A stretch of 64,000 bases of DNA, filler included, from Circinaria calcarea (lineage: Eukaryota): the NCBI GenBank assembly GCA_051942165.1. It is 19 parts of 19 records of this genome, joined end to end, with 100 filler letters (N's around TTAATTAATTAA, not from the genome) between each part and the next. Parts side by side here need not be neighbours in the genome. Positions count along the whole stretch, not along the records: positions 60,955 to 64,000 come from JAVECS010003073.1; 18 more parts are not named here. One strand, written 5' to 3'. The notes under the pieces were generated by a model. That model saw only the letters and a program-made list of their open reading frames with translations. It made no database searches and was not told the origin of the DNA. A program made the position numbers and the translations under genes. Positions 61,923 to 64,000 of the stretch are shown one piece after another. The first letter of the stretch is position 1. Every line of letters starts with the position of its first letter.

Positions 61923-63870
61923 ATGTCTAAAAACCAGGCTAAGCCAAACGACAGGATCAAGGAGATCCAAATGGCCCCGAAATGTGAACAATTGACAACA
62001 GAGCAATGGAGAGAATGTTGTCGCTTCTTTGCAATCAACGATACAGAGCACGTGAATCCACAGAGGTTAATCCCGATAAAAGGCCTAAAGACCCAGGTGT
62101 ACCCATATCAACTATACGCGGTATATTGGATGATGTTTCAGGCAAGTATCCCACTGAATGGGGCGGTACTTGGAGATGGGATGAGATTTGGCAAGGTACG
62201 CATAATATATCTCAATTAGAAGCGAGTTACTGACGACCTAGGCAGACGCTGGAGAGGTTAATGATACTTTACATCAATCATGAACTAATATCAATAAGAA
62301 ACCCACGATAGCCTGCACCCGGAACAGCATTATCACGCACCAATAAATAGCTTAACGGGGTCTCAGCCTCCCAGCTGTCCTTGTAATAGTTGTAGAGTCA
62401 TTCAGTGCCCTTGTCTACCTAATATACCCGCTACAATTGGCAGCAATCTAAATTCCGTCGCCGGTCCTACACTTCTTATCTGTCCCGCTACGTTGATTGG
62501 TAACTGGATCAAAGAATTTAACAGACATTTCGACAGCGCGTCTGGGATGAAGCTTCTCGTAGCACATAACAAGAGGTTTAAAAACGGCGAGCAGCTCAAC
62601 GTGACTAAGCACGGACATCTCCTACTGGCAGCTAGTACCAGAAGGGCAAAGGAGGATCAAACTCGCCTCGTCATTATAACGTCCCAGGAGTCATACGAAT
62701 CAGCTGTGGCAGGCAAATTCTTCAGAAGTTCTCGATCACCTAGACAACTAGCCGAAGACGCCATAAAAGAAGAAAGACTACGAGAGTCATCGATCGAGAT
62801 CAGATGGGGGCTAGTGATGCGTGATGAGTTTCATTTACGAGTTAATGCGGGGGCGGGCACGGTCAAAATTCTTAAAAATTTCTTCAGGTCACCTCGACTA
62901 ATTCTAGCGTCCGGAACACCAGTGAACGGAGGCTCATCAAGATTGATTGGATATATCGGAATAATGCCGTATCAAATATGGGGAGGAACTCCGTTCGACA
63001 TAGCAAATCCAGCAAACCTTGAAGCTTTGGCAATACAAATTCGCCGCGCCATAAAGTTTAAAGACCAAGATGACTTACGCCAGGCCGGAATGAATTCTAA
63101 TAAATTCCTGAAACGTATTCTGCTCGCAAGAACTGAGAGTTGTTGGTGGTTCGGCAAACCATGTAAAATAGACACTTTAGTCACTACATCGGAGCACGCA
63201 CTGACCTTGAAACCTAAAAGCCTGGCGAGCATTAACTCCTTCTTCCGGAGATGTGAAATAAATGAACAATCACCTGCAGAGAAGAAAAGCGGACTGGCAG
63301 AGATCAAAGCAATTGAGGCCAAAAAAAGGAGAGGAGTTATAGCTAAACAAGTAAGTCATCATAGGGAAATCCCGTTTGACGAGAAAGTACTCAACTTTTC
63401 CGGATCTGATGTATATGAGAGCTAGATACCCTGAATTGACACTGACAGCCATGGACATCAAAGGGCCCTTGGGCCCGAGAGGACGGTACGGACCGCTGAC
63501 AGATTACAAATGGAGCCCGTATTATAGAGAACTTAAGCTCCTACCCAGAGACGCTCCTAAAATGATGTGGTTACATAATAGGATCAAGGAACTCGAAACA
63601 GATGATTTTGGGCGGGTGGAGAACGAGGCAATTTTCTCGGAATTCCCGTTAGTAGCTTGGATACTATTTATAGTAAGTCTAAATTAACTCGTTATAAGGA
63701 ATCCCTTTCCACATATCGATTCACTTTTGTGGAAAAATACTAATAGGTTGTAGTGGCTCGAAGAATATTACTCCCAAGAAACCTTATACCTTCACCACAA
63801 AATCACAGCACAGAAGCGTAAGGCATATATCGAACCCTTCGTAGAAGTGGAGAATGATGAACTAAGCGGT
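61923..63870 (+). pseudogene. Divergent SNF2-family helicase/ATPase, degenerate
   Basis: LKTQVYPYQLYAVYWM, GAVLGDGMRFGK|T (motif I variant), PTLLICPATLIGNWIKEF (Ia), WGLVMRDEFH (II), LASGTP (III), IFSEFP (IV); in-frame stop near 62309 and a frame change near 63400. Confidence 0.78.
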
Positions 63871-64000
63871 GGCAGCAGCAGGAGAAGACGTCGGCGATGG
63901 ACTGGATGGGGTAGACCATTATCGTGGTAGCAGAACTCTAGGAGCGCGAGGGAGTCCACCCGATTTGGGTGGGGGGTGGCTGCAAAGGGCGGAGCGGGGG

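Overview
Filamentous ascomycete (Pezizomycotina) DNA with GT-AG introns. It is not one locus: 19 unrelated short contigs of about 3.27-3.30 kb, sorted by decreasing length, are joined by artificial 100-nt linkers (N44-TTAATTAATTAA-N44), so adjacency across a linker means nothing and most genes are truncated. Recognisable genes: a Cps1-like GT2 glycosyltransferase, KGD4/YMR31 exon 2, VAC8, MLH1, VPH1, complex I 9.5-kDa subunit, WBP1, an M28 peptidase, SSE1/hsp88, a MYND-finger protein, a PalI/SUR7 protein, a PTH11-like membrane protein, a SAM methyltransferase, a UBL-domain protein, PSD1, SKN7 and an MscS-like channel. Mobile or decayed DNA includes a RIP-mutated Fot1/pogo transposon with LTR-like insertions, a piggyBac relic, HET and SNF2 pseudogenes and two fold-back elements. 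Best leads: (1) a 5S rRNA gene cut about 11 nt from its 5' end and followed by a TA-flanked hairpin element, a cluster of AGGCA repeats and an inward-pointing gene, which is a candidate end of a 5S-targeting Starship-type element; (2) a contig that is one 1.49-kb diverged palindrome around a decapitated KGD4 exon; (3) a duplicated 115-bp tRNA-like structured element in and upstream of the complex I subunit gene.
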